A stretch of 63,877 nt of DNA, the filler included, from Octopus bimaculoides (taxonomy: Eukaryota), in NCBI RefSeq assembly GCF_001194135.2. It is 4 parts of 4 records of this genome, joined end to end, with 100 filler letters (N's around TTAATTAATTAA, not from the genome) between each part and the next. Parts side by side here need not be neighbours in the genome. Positions count along the whole stretch, not along the records: positions 1 to 19,642 come from NC_068992.1; 3 more parts are not named here. One strand, 5' to 3'. Under the pieces are notes generated by a model that worked only from the letters and a program-made list of their open reading frames with translations, ran no database searches and was not told the DNA's origin. Below, one piece after another: positions 1-14,346 of the stretch (the first letter of the stretch is position 1; the number at the start of each line of letters is the position of its first letter). Both the position numbers and the translations under genes were made by a program.

Positions 1-544
1 TATATATATATATATATATTACAAAATGGGACAAGAACACACCACTTCTGTGTTTGTTTTGGGGAAGTTCTAGCAAGATTTAGAAATATAAATTTATGCA
101 TTTGTATGCATGCATATGTGTCTGTGTGTATACGTGTATCTGTGTTTGTATGCTTGCGAGTGTGTGTGTGTGCGCGGGCGTGTATGTGAGTGTATGTGCT
201 GTGTGTGTGTGCGTGCGTGTGTATGAGGGTATGTATGCCTATACAAACATTTTATAAACAATTATATTTCCGAATGTAGCCATTCTTGTTTCAACAACTT
301 GTTTAGAATGACGGGAAAAGCTTTTCAATGTCATACTTAGAATATCAATAAATTGTACTTTATATTATCTAAATTACTGAAATGCGCTAGGCCTGAAATA
401 TGTGTATACGATTTTTTTCCAAAGATAATTTGCTATCCCAAAACTTTAGAATATAGATATCTCTGAAAGAACATAAAAGCCTTTCTGGTAGCTACGGAAC
501 AATTACAATAATTATTATCCATGTATTTCGTTGTGCTTAAACGA

Positions 545-725
545 TTAAGGTTTCAAGACTTTCCACCGAATGGGGATGATTGTCAACACTAGTACTAATT
601 TTATTGATGCGTAGCCGGGAGCAACGTGAAATGAAGTCGCTTGCTCAAGCCTACAATGCACCAACCAAAAATTGAAACCATATTCTAAGGATAGTAACAC
701 CAAAAGACAAATTACTAGCTCATGC
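545..725 (-). mobile_element. Degenerate tRNA-derived SINE, family C
   Basis: Reverse complement resembles the copy at 24161 (gagcaacgtgaaatgaagtcgcttgctcaag motif). Confidence 0.55.
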
Positions 726-1852
726 ACTGTTAATGGTATACTTTTGATTGGTTTGTGTTATCCTACTTTCTACATTAAGTGTGTTAAATATTATATATAT
801 GTAGAAGAATAAAAAGACTATTTGTTAATAACTAATACTATTTAATTTTACCAGTAAATAAGGGAGACAATTTATAATATGTTTCGGTTTTACAATTGTC
901 GCAAAGACAAAACTGCATGGGACTTTACCACATGGTGAATATTAGATTCAAAATTACAAATAAACAGAACGTGTATTCTAGGAAAATATGTAACTGGTTA
1001 AGATTAAGTTGAACAAGTAAGGAGTCCATGAGAGGGATTTAGGTATTGCCATCTTGAAACAATATTTAGATATCACAGAACAATACCTCTACAATGCCTC
1101 AACTATCAAAAACATAGCTAAGCTTGTAGCCTTATTTTGTTAACATTTTCAGAGAAAAAATTGAGAATAAACGTCATTTTTGTTTTTACGTACAAAGTTG
1201 TCAGAGAGAATATTTCTTAATAAACTGGAAGAACAAAATTTAAATATAACCGAGATTAGTTCATGTGACATTGACGTTTGTATCATTCACACTTTATATT
1301 TTTCAGTTGTTGTTCTTCGATAAGTTTGGGATTCACCTTCAACCAAATCGATACAGTAGATAGTTTATAATTCTGGTATAACGGCCTCTAATTACCGAAG
1401 CGCAAACATTTTCGGAGATCTTTTATTTAAAACGTTTTTAAGAGATAATGATTTATAGGAGTGAATCATCTAAGAGAAAATGAAATATTAAATCTTAACG
1501 TTTATATAATTTACGTGATTATAGAAATGAGCTTCCATTCACTAAGATACAGAAACCTCACCGTTTTCACGACTGGCAGGGTATTTAATCCTAGTTAGTC
1601 AACATTACTTCCAACAACTGCGACTATAATTGTATTGCATATAAATTAGCCTTGCAAGGCTGAAATTGTTGAAAATCATCCCAAAGTGCTTTGCGGTGTC
1701 AAGTTACGATTCATGGCTTTTTGCTTTCATACACTACATTGATTATTATATTTCACTTGAACGAGGGTAATCAGTGGGCACTTTACAAGAAGAGGACATC
1801 TGAATATTGAAATAATAATATTGAAACAATTAGTAAAATAAAAAAAATAAAA

Positions 1853-1863
1853 AAATAATAATG

Positions 1864-1922
<59 letters not shown>

Positions 1923-1925
1923 TAT
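1853..1925. repeat. (TAA)n microsatellite
   Basis: Direct reading. Confidence 0.95.
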
Positions 1926-2256
1926 TATTACTATCAAATTTGAAATTATAATGATTTTGCGATTTTGAAAATTGCATTCATATGTTCGCCATAGTTACAA
2001 TAATTACCAATAAATTTTCGGGTTCGATTGAATCGACACTGTTCCTCCCCAAATAAAATTTGCGGCCTTGCTTCAACGTAGCCCATTAAAATTGTTGCGT
2101 TTTTAACCCCCAAATTGCACGTCATTTCCTTGAAATGAATAAACTATGCATTATGAGAGGAACATGTCAAAAGTAGTTTAAAATCGTCGTCACACTTCAT
2201 TGCCATCGTTTTTTAAAGAAGAATATATTTATTTACCATTATATAAATTATATACA

Positions 2257-2308
<52 letters not shown>

Positions 2309-3414
2309 ATGCATATGTATATACATATATATATTATATATACACACGCACCCACGCACATATACATCTTTATATGTATGTGATAGTGTTTGGTGCGCGC
2401 GTGTATGTATGCATGTTATGTATTGCGTACATTCAAACACTTATTTGGAAGTTTTAATATACTAAGTTGTGTATTTTGAAAACGTTGAGAAATAGAATGG
2501 CTGCTGTAGAAAAAATTACATTCTGTCTGGGCGCAGTTTGTTCGTTGCATTGTATAGTCTGGCAAACCGTTTTCCATTTAATTGATACTATGAAAAGAGC
2601 TTGCGTGAGGGAATAACAGCAGAAAATGATGACGTTTATGGTCATAAATGTATGTTAATCTAACACATCTCCGTTGGTAGAGAGCAATAAACGTTGACAG
2701 CCTGCTGTTATTGCCCTTAAAGAGAATCTAAAGAAAACAATAAAACAAAATCAAAACGCATTTCCTTTTATATTGGCCTCTCTGACTTTACGTAACCAGC
2801 GACTCATCTTACTAGTAATTAAATCTCCACAAAGAAAGTTTTCAGTTAGATTGCTCTAATTTTAAGTAATAAAACTTGAGAATTGGTAAAGGTTACACTC
2901 CTATAAAAAATTTAGTTGATCCATCAAATCTCTTTAGGTAGAGTTGTTTATATGTTTAGAACAACTGTAATTTACTGATTATCGTGTTTAACGACTACTT
3001 TGGTTGGTTACATCTATGTGTGCCTGTGTCAGAGAATTCAATGCAAGTGTTCGCTGCTGTTTTTAAACCATTTAATCGAATTAAGCTAGAATTTGAAAAT
3101 ATAACCATTAGGTAAACTAAAATCTAAACGCACTGTTTAATGGCTGCAATGCAATGTAATTTAATAATTTATCTGAACATAAAATGATATTGCAAAAATA
3201 TATGTATGTCTGTACAGTAATAGTAGTCTTCGCAATGATATTTCTAGTCCTGTTATTATATTATAATTATTTTTTGTAACGCTCTAGAAGTGCTATATAT
3301 ATACATACGCGTATATGCAAGGGTGTACACACACACACATATAGATACACACACACACATACATACATACACACACATATATATAAAGAGAGAATGAGAG
3401 AGAGAGTTACATGC

Positions 3415-3448
<34 letters not shown>

Positions 3449-4049
3449 ATTTGTATATGTAGACATACTTATGTACCTATATACTTACTTATGTGTATAT
3501 GTTTGTGTGTACGTGTGTGTGCGTATGTGTGTGTGTCTATAAAATACGTTAGTTTCCCAGATTTATGCTTGCACACATATACATAAACATATACGTACAC
3601 GCATTTTTACATTTGTTCATACTAATATATAGGCATAGAAAATTATTTCACTCATATATACTGAAAACTGGAAACATTAGCAATACCATTGCCAATTACG
3701 GGAGAGTGTGACCGAGACACAACCTTAACGCACAGGATGTTACAGTAGCCGGAACAATTTGGAATACTACGATACGAAAAGCAAAAACAACAACCAATAA
3801 AGAGGAATATATTGTAATCGATACATCAAAAGAAAAATAATAGTCGAACCTAAAAATAAAACAGCTTTAATACAAAATGAAGTTGGTATTTGTACATACT
3901 TGTTCCGGACTTCAAAATATAAACCGAATGTGCTTTAGAGTCATCTGCCTTGAAATCGATCATGTAGTAGAAGCAAAATAGAAGCGAAAGAAGGTATTTA
4001 CGATTCTTTCATGAGGATACCCCAAACTTAGCACGCTAGTTATATCTTT

Positions 4050-4265
4050 TTATGTATTATAATTTATTTATTTCAGCCATTGGACTGCGGGTATGCTGGG
4101 ACACGGCCTTCAGGAGATTTCAGTCGAAGAATTGTATGTATATTTTAAAAAAATTATCCTACTTATTGTGAATCACTCCTGTTATCGAATCGCTATGTTA
4201 CGGTAACGTAAACAAACCAACACCATTTCTCAAGCAAGTGTTAGGGAATAAACATAACACAAACA
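4050..4265 (-). mobile_element. 3' half of SINE family B, degenerate
   Basis: tttcagccattggactgcgggtatgctgg...gtaacgtaaacaaaccaacacc matches the reverse complement of the 3' half of the 43943 copy. Confidence 0.65.
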
Positions 4266-4847
4266 CTAATACACTTATATATATATATATATGTGCATAG
4301 GAGTTAAAATAGAACAAAATGTAGTGCGCAGTGAAACTGAACCCAGAAACTGGGGGTTGCAAATAAAATTTCTTAACTACAAAGTTATGCTTTTAATTGT
4401 AAACATTGGTGCATCAGGATATATACGACCTGGTATGGATCACAAGTATGGATTATTGGATCCTTGGAGATGGCATAGTTCCGACATTCTTGTGTTATAG
4501 ACGATCACCATATATCGATCAATAATAATATTTGGTACTTTCTTAAAAATTAATATCTACCTCGTTGCGTAAGGGAAAACGACGGTACCTATGCACTCAC
4601 CACATCACCACATCTTATAAATAATTCTCCTTCACATCATTACCTTCGCATGTGTACATTCAAAATAAACACGACGTTTAACCGAGTAAGAGACATGAAG
4701 AATATCGATTTATATATATNNNNNNNNNNNNNNNNNNNNNNNNNNNNNNNNNNNNNNNNNNNNNNNNNNNNNNNNNNNNNNNNNNNNNNNNNNNNNNNNN
4801 NNNNNNNNNNNNNNNNNNNNNNNNNTATATATATATATGCACAAAGA

Positions 4848-4849
4848 GG

Positions 4850-4921
<72 letters not shown>

Positions 4922-4929
4922 GATAGATA

Positions 4930-4988
<59 letters not shown>
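4848..4988. repeat. (GATA)n-(GA)n compound microsatellite
   Basis: Direct reading. Confidence 0.95.
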
Positions 4989-4994
<6 letters not shown>

Positions 4995-5899
4995 TACACT
5001 AAGCAAAATAGTGAGATATCGAATTTCAATCCGTTCCTGGTCATATATGTAAAATTTTGATCGACTACGCCGATAGTAGTCTGTTTAGCATTGGCCAAAT
5101 AAATGTTTAAAGCATATGACCTAGCTACCACCACCAGGCTTTGGGTCAAATATCTTACTTGGCAGCAAGTATGTTGTAGCGCTGAAGAAGATAAAGGAGG
5201 AAGTCCGTTCTCTCCTTTATTCAATTGATCGATTATGGAATCGTTTAATAGACGTGATTGTTGCGCTAGGGAACTATGACAATTGAAATTTCTCGGAAAG
5301 GCGTGTAATCTAACCGGAATAAAAGGTATAAATATGCATTCCGCCTTTTCTATACTTCTCTGTAAAAACATACCAATTTTACTTGATGACCAACCTGGTG
5401 TTTACAGTTTGGACTTGTTAAGCTTAGATTGCCTGGCTTGCTACACGTTTCAGAAAACAATTTTGTTAGCCTGGTATATCGTGCTGTACAGAGAACATAT
5501 TTGTTATTTCGCCTACACACACCTACGCGTGCGCGCATGCTCAAAGTGTTTATAGAAAAATACAGAGGAACCAAAGAAATTTATAGCATTGTAATTTTTT
5601 TCAAATCGCGTACACTGTGAAGTATTTTATTACAGAATCTACATTTCATTTACATTAACACTTTGGGATACCTTCTGGTTCATGTAGATAAGTCTTCCGT
5701 AATTATGAAAACTCATAACATCTAAATATCAACTTAAGATTCTACAGAAATAAGTTTAATGAGAATATCCAAAATTAGAAGAAAATAATGGAAGAAGCTT
5801 AAAATCAGTCCAGGCAGATTTTCATAGTCCAAAATGAAAATTAATATGCTGTTAAAGCTGTCAAAATTAAAAAGAATATCTCTTGATTGTCTAGAGTGT

Positions 5900-6110
5900 G
5901 CTAGGCATACAGGGGACAAACAAGGAAGAGAAAAAGGGTTTAAGTCGATTACATCGACCCCAGTGCGTAACTGGTACTTACTTAGTTGACCCCGAAAGGA
6001 TGAAAGGCAAAGTCGACCTCGGCGGAATTCGAAGTCAAAACATAACGGCAGACGAAATAACGCTAAGCATTTCGCCAAGCGGACTAACGATTCTTTCAGC
6101 TCGCCGCCAT
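5900..6110 (-). mobile_element. SINE family A, near full length
   Basis: Reverse complement of the 10661 copy (gaccccgaaaggatgaaaggcaaagtcgacctcggcggaattcgaa). Confidence 0.85.
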
Positions 6111-8409
6111 AAAAGTAAAAATAATATCAAATAGGTCATGTATTAAGTCAAGTATAAACTTATTCAAGGATCCATATTCTATTTCATAAGTAGTGGATTA
6201 GAATGGCTCAATGTTACAGTCTACATATTTTAAAACAGTAATGTATGCTTATGTATCATGTCAATTTAAGCCAGCTTCGTCATGATGTGTAACCTATCAT
6301 CCTCCTAGGTTTCTGATTATTATATCAAAATTTGAAGGTTCTTCTTTTGTTCAAAAACAAAAGATACTGACAAAATATGTAATGAACACAATTGACAGTT
6401 GAACACTGAAGCCCTGAAGATAAGAGCGAAAATGTCGAAAGTTCCACATTTCTAGAAGATATAATATATGTGATTAGCAGATTCCGTAAAATGACATTTG
6501 GTTGCTGCCTCTTTATGTGGAATAATGTTCTTGCTAAAACAATATACAATATCATAAACAGAAAGAGTGCTGTGGGGTAAAGATAGAAACTGCTTTTGCT
6601 GTTGCATACATACATATTGGTGAACAAAAATAATTGTTGTAATACTCAATTCAAATCTATTGCCGAAGGCACACACAGTATACGGAATATAGTGATTTAC
6701 ATATGGAATATCGCGAATTGAACGACTTCGATTATAAGAGATGATAAGTGCAATAGATTGGTAAACCTCCCCCTAGGCGTGTTTAAAATATTAAAATTAA
6801 CATGTAGGAATCACCTCTCTTTCTATCTGCTATATCATATTACGCTTATCATAAATATATGTATGATAATAATAATAATTATTATTATTATTGTTATACA
6901 TGATATTGCTTCTGCTGTATTTAGATGGTTAATGCTAGGCAGGTATTAACTTTCTATCCTAGACATTGAAGGATTTATATTTGTATACACTGCAAGACTG
7001 AAATTATTTTCTACACACCAAGAACACCTAAGAAATTACAATTTTCGTGAAATATTTTATGCTGTGTTTGAGACAATTATATTTATGCCCGAAGGACGTT
7101 TAAAATGTTTGCAGCCATATATCCCAGATGAAACAATTTTAATAGCAGTTATTATTGCTTTCCTTGTTGCAGAAAAGAATTAACAAAACACTTTTGCGTC
7201 AATTCTTTATTAGTATCACCTGACATTGTGCGTAACGAATCATAAACCAACTAATACAATACTGCTATATTGTATTATTATGTTTATTATTCTGGACGTT
7301 GTAGTATTCAATTACTTTTATAACCATTCGTGCTATTTGGAGTGTTTCCTACATAATATAGTTGTCTTAACAAATGTTGTTTTCTAATCACGTTTGTTTA
7401 CAGTTTTGAGATGTAAAGCTTTGGAGTGTGACCCAAATATAACCCAGAGAGAAAGTCTGATTGCATATGATCCTTATGATGTATTCATATTCTTCACTTC
7501 TTCTATTGTTTCATATAAATATTCAAATTATATTGAACATCTATAAGTAATACGATACCCACAATGCTTACAGATTCTTGTTGACTTGCAAATTTTTGAT
7601 CTTAACGTTGGTGGAATATATTACAACTTGTAATATATAATTGAGATTAGATTCAAGATATGTAATGTTTTGTTTTGACGTCTTTAAAAACATATACATT
7701 TACTTACTGAATGTGGAAGAAAGGTGAGTGTTGATGGCTTTGCCAAGCATCATAGACTGGTAAAACTGATGACGTTAATGTTCGAATGTTTGTTCAACGT
7801 TATTTGCAGAAGACGAGATCAGGGAGAGAATTTCAGGAGCCTAAAATTTAAAACAAGTGATTTGTATGTGGTCTTGCATGTTAGGAAGTGGCGATGATTG
7901 ATTAACGAATACCGCAGCGGAAAATTCAGGGGAACAGTTAGCTCTGAGTGGAAAGAAATATAGCAGAGCGAGCGAGTTAGAGAGATAGAGAGAGAGTGGG
8001 GAGAGAAAGAGACAGATGGGGAGGGAGAGAAAAAGAGAGAGTAGATGGATATAACGTGATGCTGTCCTAGAAGCTGGAACATGCTTATCAAGAGGCTGTA
8101 CTTTTTTTTCTGTCTAAGCTCTACGTTATACAGTAGTAGTAGCTCCGGCCCAGTTGTAAGAGTATAAGTTCATTATGACTTACATCTTAAACTTTTCAAA
8201 GTATCGATTGTTGTTGTAGATTAATGTCTCTACTGAACAAGAAAAAGGAGACAAATGGTGAGATGCGGTTGTTCAAGATTACAAGAATTGTTATTCGACG
8301 ATTTGTGATAACCATTTTGCAATTTTGATGTGTAACATCATTTATATAACTCCTTCCTTCCTACTTTTGTTTCTGTTGTAAATATTACGCTAAAAATAGT
8401 TACGTGCAG

Positions 8410-8442
<33 letters not shown>

Positions 8443-8459
8443 TCTAATTTTTTAAAAAC

Positions 8460-8579
8460 ACTATGGTAGAAGACACTTGTTGAATCACCACGCGGTGGGA
8501 CTTAACCCGGAAACATGTGGCTCGTAAGAAAATTTCGTACCACAGATCCAGTCATGGTCTTACACAGCCACGTGTGTGA

Positions 8580-8625
<46 letters not shown>

Positions 8626-8820
8626 ATGTGTGTGAGTGTATTTCACCCCCACCACCGCTTGAGAACTGGTGTTGATGTGTATACGTTCCCGTAACTTAGT
8701 GGTTCAGTTAAAAATATTGAACAAGTACCAGGCTTGCAAATAAAGAAAAAATACAGGTGTCAATTCATTCGAGTAAACATTTTTCCATGGCCGCCGTGTA
8801 ACTATTGAAACGAAAAAAGG
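8460..8820. mobile_element. SINE family B pieces: head on minus (8460-8570), 3' half on plus (8640-8820)
   Basis: Similarity to the 43943 copy; the halves are separated by (TA)n(TG)n. Confidence 0.6.
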
Positions 8821-9287
8821 GGTAAAAATCGCTTAAAAAAGGAATTTTCGTTAAAGAAAAAAAATTCAAAAACTCATGAATATTTAAAAAAAAACTCCTC
8901 CCCAACTCAGTTCCGATTTTAGCCGACATTTTGTTTTGTTAGCTCTACGCACTTAAAATGACCGGAAGTTTAAAACAATTTTGGAAATCGATGACCATCT
9001 TTACAACTCTCACTTCCTTTATTTATAAAAAGTAAATGAAATATAATTTTCTCACCACGGACACATTTTATGGAATGATGATGCAGTGATCTATTGCTGG
9101 GTTGTAAAAAAAAAAAAAAATTGGTTATCTAAATCTTTAAACCTACTGCACATCACGCGTGTCTGTGTGTGTGAGATACGAAGTCTCCTAATAGAAAATT
9201 ATGCATTTAAATTATTTTATCATTTACATAACTTTTTAAAATTACACTCTCGCCCTAATGAAACTCCTTGCACACATGCATACGCAT

Positions 9288-9392
9288 ATATACTAACAAA
9301 CACTAACAATCACTGTGAGCGATATACTAACAAACACACAATCACTGTGAGCGATATACTAACAAACACACAATCACTGTGAGCGATATACT
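9288..9392. repeat. 32-bp minisatellite, about 3 copies
   Basis: aacaaacacacaatcactgtgagcgatatact repeated near-perfectly. Confidence 0.9.
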
Positions 9393-9539
9393 TGTATAGA
9401 GTGAGAAATTTTAGTATGAGAAACTGAGTGTGTCTATGTATGTATGTATGTATGTATGTATGTATGTATGTATGTATGCATGTATGTATTTATGCTTGTA
9501 TATATGTATGTATGAATGTATGTATGTATCTATCTATCA

Positions 9540-9600
<61 letters not shown>

Positions 9601-10340
9601 ATCTCTCTCTCTCTCTCTCTCTNNNNNNNNNNNNNNNNNNNNNNNNNNNNNNNNNNNNNNNNNNNNNNNNNNNNNNNNNNNNNNNNNNNNNNNNNNNNNN
9701 NNNNNNNNNNNNNNNNNNNNNNNNNNNNNNNNNNNNNNNNNNNNNNNNNNNNNNNNNNNNNNNNNNNNNNNNNNNNNNNNNNNNNNNNNNNNNNNNNNNN
9801 NNNNNNNNNNNNNNNNNNNNNNNNNNNNNNNNNNNNNNNNNNNNNNNNNNNNNNNNNNNNNNNNNNNNNNNNNNNNNNNNNNNNNNNNNNNNNNNNNNNN
9901 NNNNNNNNNNNNNNNNNNNNNNNNNNNNNNNNNNNNNNNNNNNNNNNNNNNNNNNNNNNNNNNNNNNNNNNNNNNNNNNNNNNNNNNNNNNNNNNNNNNN
10001 NNNNNNNNNNNNNNNNNNNNNNNNNNNNNNNNNNNNNNNNNNNNNNNNNNNNNNNNNNNNNNNNNNNNNNNNNNNNNNNNNNNNNNNNNNNNNNNNNNNN
10101 NNNNNNNNNNNNNNNNNNNNNNNNNNNNNNNNNNNNNNNNNNNNNNNNNNNNNNNNNNNNNNNNNNNNNNNNNNNNNNNNNNNNNNNNNNNNNNNNNNNN
10201 NNNNNNNNNNNNNNNNNNNNNNNNNTATATATATATACATATATATATACATATATATATATATATGTACATATATATACAGAATTTTATACACATATAT
10301 ATAGATCAAGTATAGTAACTTTATATATTTGTATATACAT

Positions 10341-10384
<44 letters not shown>

Positions 10385-10660
10385 GCGTGTATGTGTTTAT
10401 ACATACATACACATAAGAAGAATGCATATATAAGCATGTGTATATGTTTGTATGATTTCTCAGAAAACGTTCACAGCCACACCTAACAGAAACACACACA
10501 CGATTTAGAATTGTGTACGTTAAGATATTGACGATCTATATAGCCGTACATGCGCACTGAAATCAGTGTACATTCACTTGCATTGTCTACAAGAAAACAT
10601 TGTCGAACACACACACACCGTACCCACACCGACACCCACCCACACACACCCTCACACACA

Positions 10661-10886
10661 CGAGCTGGCAGAAACATTAGCGCGCCGGGCGAAATGCTTA
10701 GCGGTATTTCGTCTGCCGCTACGTTCTGAGTTCAAATTCCGCCGAGGTCGACTTTGCCTTTCATCCTTTCGGGGTCGATTAAATAAGTACCAGTTACGCA
10801 CTGGGGTTCATATAATCGACTTAATCCGTTTGTCTGTCTTTGTTTGTCCCCTCTGAGTGTAGCCCCTTGTGGGTAGTAAAGAAATA
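10661..10886 (+). mobile_element. SINE family A, full-length well-preserved copy (tRNA-like head, central domain, LINE-like tail)
   Basis: B-box-like gagttcaaattcc; central ctttgcctttcatcctttcggggtcgattaaataagtaccag; at least 7 related copies in the window. Confidence 0.85.
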
Positions 10887-10894
10887 ACATATAA

Positions 10895-10935
<41 letters not shown>

Positions 10936-11188
10936 AGGTGGGGGGCTGAAAAGGGTATCTTGAAAGGCCTGTTTGAACCCTAACCTTCCGAGTTCTTTTA
11001 CAAGGCTTAGGGAAACTGAAGGACCGCGGCAATAATTGATCTTTCTGTATTTTCCTTTACCCAAAGCCAGGGATTTTTCAGTACCACTTCCTGAATACAT
11101 TATGTATGTATGTATGTATGTATGTATGTATGTATGTATGTATGTATGTATCTATGTTTATGTATGTATGTATGTATGTATGTATATA

Positions 11189-11224
<36 letters not shown>

Positions 11225-12056
11225 CACACATGTATATGTATATATGAATATATATGCATGTATGTATGTATGTATATATTTATATTCACAGATAGGTAGA
11301 ATGATAGATAAACAGACAAATATATGAGTTTATAGGTGTGTACGTGTATGCGTACGTACAAATATATGTATACAAATATATATATATATACATACACACA
11401 GAAATATACATATAACTCTGCGTAAGTATATACACACAAACACACATATTTATACACAGCGTCATATTTGCTTTTCCTTTCGTGTAAGATTTTAAATGTG
11501 TAGGCGTATGGCTGTGTATTTGAGTGCATAAGTGTGATAATCATTATATTTTGATATCAAGCAGAAATAACAGACCTCGTAGATATACCTGATACCTAAT
11601 TTCTTTCCTACACTGAAATCTGTTTCCAATATATGTTTTTCTAACTTTTTTTTTTGCTCTTAGTCTTTTCCACCTCTTTACTCTCTACCTTCTCGATATA
11701 TTTTTCTTCAATTTCCTTCAGGTATGGGAATATTCTCATTGAAGTGATATGAATGGATATCTCTAAATTCACATCTTTAGTCCATTCAATCTATCCTGTC
11801 TTTCTTTATCTTTTCCATATGTAAGTACATATACATATGCGTGTATATGTACATATACATATACATGTACATATGTGAGTGTGTGAGTGCGAGTGCGTGT
11901 GCGTGTGAGGGAATGGGTGTATGTGTGTGTGTGGCGTGTATATTTATGTATATAAATGTATATAATTATATGTATATTAGTATATGCTATAGACTACATA
12001 TCTCTTTGCCACTTTGTGAAAATAACTTTTAATCTCTCCGTCTGTCTATATGCTTC

Positions 12057-12095
<39 letters not shown>

Positions 12096-12166
12096 GTCTG
12101 TCTGTCTGTCTATCTGTCTGTCTGTCTGTCTGTCTGTCTGTATGTCTGCCTGACTGTCTGTCTGTC

Positions 12167-12211
<45 letters not shown>

Positions 12212-12299
12212 ATGTCTGTATGTCTTTCTGTCTTTCCCTATACCTGCCTGCCTGCCTGCCTGCATCTCTGTCTGTCTGTCTGTATTTCTATCTATCTAT

Positions 12300-13190
12300 G
12301 ATTCCACAAAAGCGTTCTATAGAGGATTAGTGGAGGGGAGGTGCGACGACGATCTCGGGCAGAATCTGGGCGTCGACGAGGAACACCTGACCCGCCTGTT
12401 CAGGACAACTTTAGGGCCGGGACCTATGGATAACCACCAGAGATCCCTGGCCTGGCAGTGCTATCGAGAAGCATTACCCGTTCGGGATAAGCTTTACAGA
12501 CACGGTTCGAGACACACCGGACCGACATGCCCGAGATGCGGTCAGAGCGACGAAACCGTTCTGCACGCACTCGTGCAGTGGCCAAAGATTTCCGACCTGT
12601 GGGCTTATGCCGAACGGCTGCTGTCACGTGTGGGACGAGTCCGCCTGTCAGCCGAGTCTATTGTGCAAATTACTCCACTACCGTCCCTCAACAGGGAAGG
12701 CAAGGCAGTGTTCATCATACTGGTGGCCATGGTGAAAGAATGTGTGTGGTGGACCCGAGCGAAAGGATTAGAGACGAAAACTTACCTCTCTGGCCAATCG
12801 CTCATCAACTTTTTCAAGTATTACTTGAAAAGGAAGGTGAGAATAGAGAGACAATTTTTGTCTCGTGAAAGTTTCATTAAAAGGTGGGTGAATGTAGCAA
12901 AGATGGTGCGTGCGAGTGACGATACCTCTTTGAGCATGATCCTGAGGTTACCATGGTCTTTTCCGTAGGCTTTTCTCTCCATAGATAAACCTAATGTTAC
13001 CCCATTTTACACAATTGACATTTTCTGTGATATAGGATACCCCCATTTTTTATTTATTTATTTTTTTTGCCCCTACCGATCCCTTTTGATGGTTTTTTTA
13101 AAATTTATTTATTTATTTATTTTAAAGAAAAGCTCTACAGTTGTATTTGTCCCCTCTGTGTGCAGCCCTGTGTGGCTAATAAAAGAAAGG
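12300..13190 (+). mobile_element. 5'-truncated Tx1/L1-clade non-LTR retrotransposon: ORF2 C-terminus (RT-associated zinc knuckle) plus 3' UTR
   Basis: ORF 12330-12968 contains CPRCGQSDETVLHALVQW (CxxC-x7-H-x4-C with last C>W) and downstream W..R and F..RW motifs typical of the L1/Tx1 C-terminus; GC-rich against background; T-rich UTR ending ctaataaaagaaa. Confidence 0.85.
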
Positions 13191-13227
<37 letters not shown>

Positions 13228-13246
13228 GTCTGTTTGTCTGTCTCTT

Positions 13247-13301
<55 letters not shown>

Positions 13302-13474
13302 TTCTCCGTCTATCTGTGTCTGTGTCTATGATTCTCTTTCACTCTAGCTCTAACAGACTATCGCATATACACAAATATCATATACTCACATATACACACA
13401 TATAAGTATATGCGCCTATGCCTAAGCGAATATATGCACACACATATATCATATTTTTATAGAAAATATACATG

Positions 13475-13523
<49 letters not shown>

Positions 13524-14293
13524 TNNNNNNNNNNNNNNNNNNNNNNNNNNNNNNNNNNNNNNNNNNNNNNNNNNNNNNNNNNNNNNNNNNNNNNNNNNNN
13601 NNNNNNNNNNNNNNNNNNNNNNNNNNNNNNNNNNNNNNNNNNNNNNNNNNNNNNNNNNNNNNNNNNNNNNNNNNNNNNNNNNNNNNNNNNNNNNNNNNNN
13701 NNNNNNNNNNNNNNNNNNNNNNNNNNNNNNNNNNNNNNNNNNNNNNNNNNNNNNNNNNNNNNNNNNNNNNNNNNNNNNNNNNNNNNNNNNNNNNNNNNNN
13801 NNNNNNNNNNNNNNNNNNNNNNNNNNNNNNNNNNNNNNNNNNNNNNNNNNNNNNNNNNNNNNNNNNNNNNNNNNNNNNNNNNNNNNNNNNNNNNNNNNNN
13901 NNNNNNNNNNNNNNNNNNNNNNNNNNNNNNNNNNNNNNNNNNNNNNNNNNNNNNNNNNNNNNNNNNNNNNNNNNNNNNNNNNNNNNNNNNNNNNNNNNNN
14001 NNNNNNNNNNNNNNNNNNNNNNNNNNNNNNNNNNNNNNNNNNNNNNNNNNNNNNNNNNNNNNNNNNNNNNNNNNNNNNNNNNNNNNNNNNNNNNNNNNNN
14101 NNNNNNNNNNNNNNNNNNNNNNNNNNNNNNNNNNNNNNNNNNNNNNNNNNNNNNNNNNNNNNNNNNNNNNNNNNNNNNNNNNNNNNNNNNNNNNNNNNNN
14201 NNNNNNNNNNNNNNNNNNNNNNNNNNNNNNNNNNNNNNNNNNNNNNNNNNNNNNNNNNNNNNNNNNNNNNNNNNNNNNNNNNNNNNNNNNNNN

Positions 14294-14346
<53 letters not shown>

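Noticed and set aside
4400-5370. Protein-like snippets (DYWILGD; VVALKKIKEE) and the 243-aa ORF
   Set aside because: Short, interrupted by stops, and the ORF spans a microsatellite and a gap; no coherent domain
6325-6800. Hydrophobic minus-strand frame resembling GPCR TM5-7
   Set aside because: No diagnostic motif (DRY, NPxxY), internal stops, and AT-rich DNA yields such frames by chance; an HMM search would settle it
11720-11790. Possible further hammerhead remnant (and similar CTGATGA hits at about 7766, 27060 and 43025)
   Set aside because: Core boxes or stem pairing are missing
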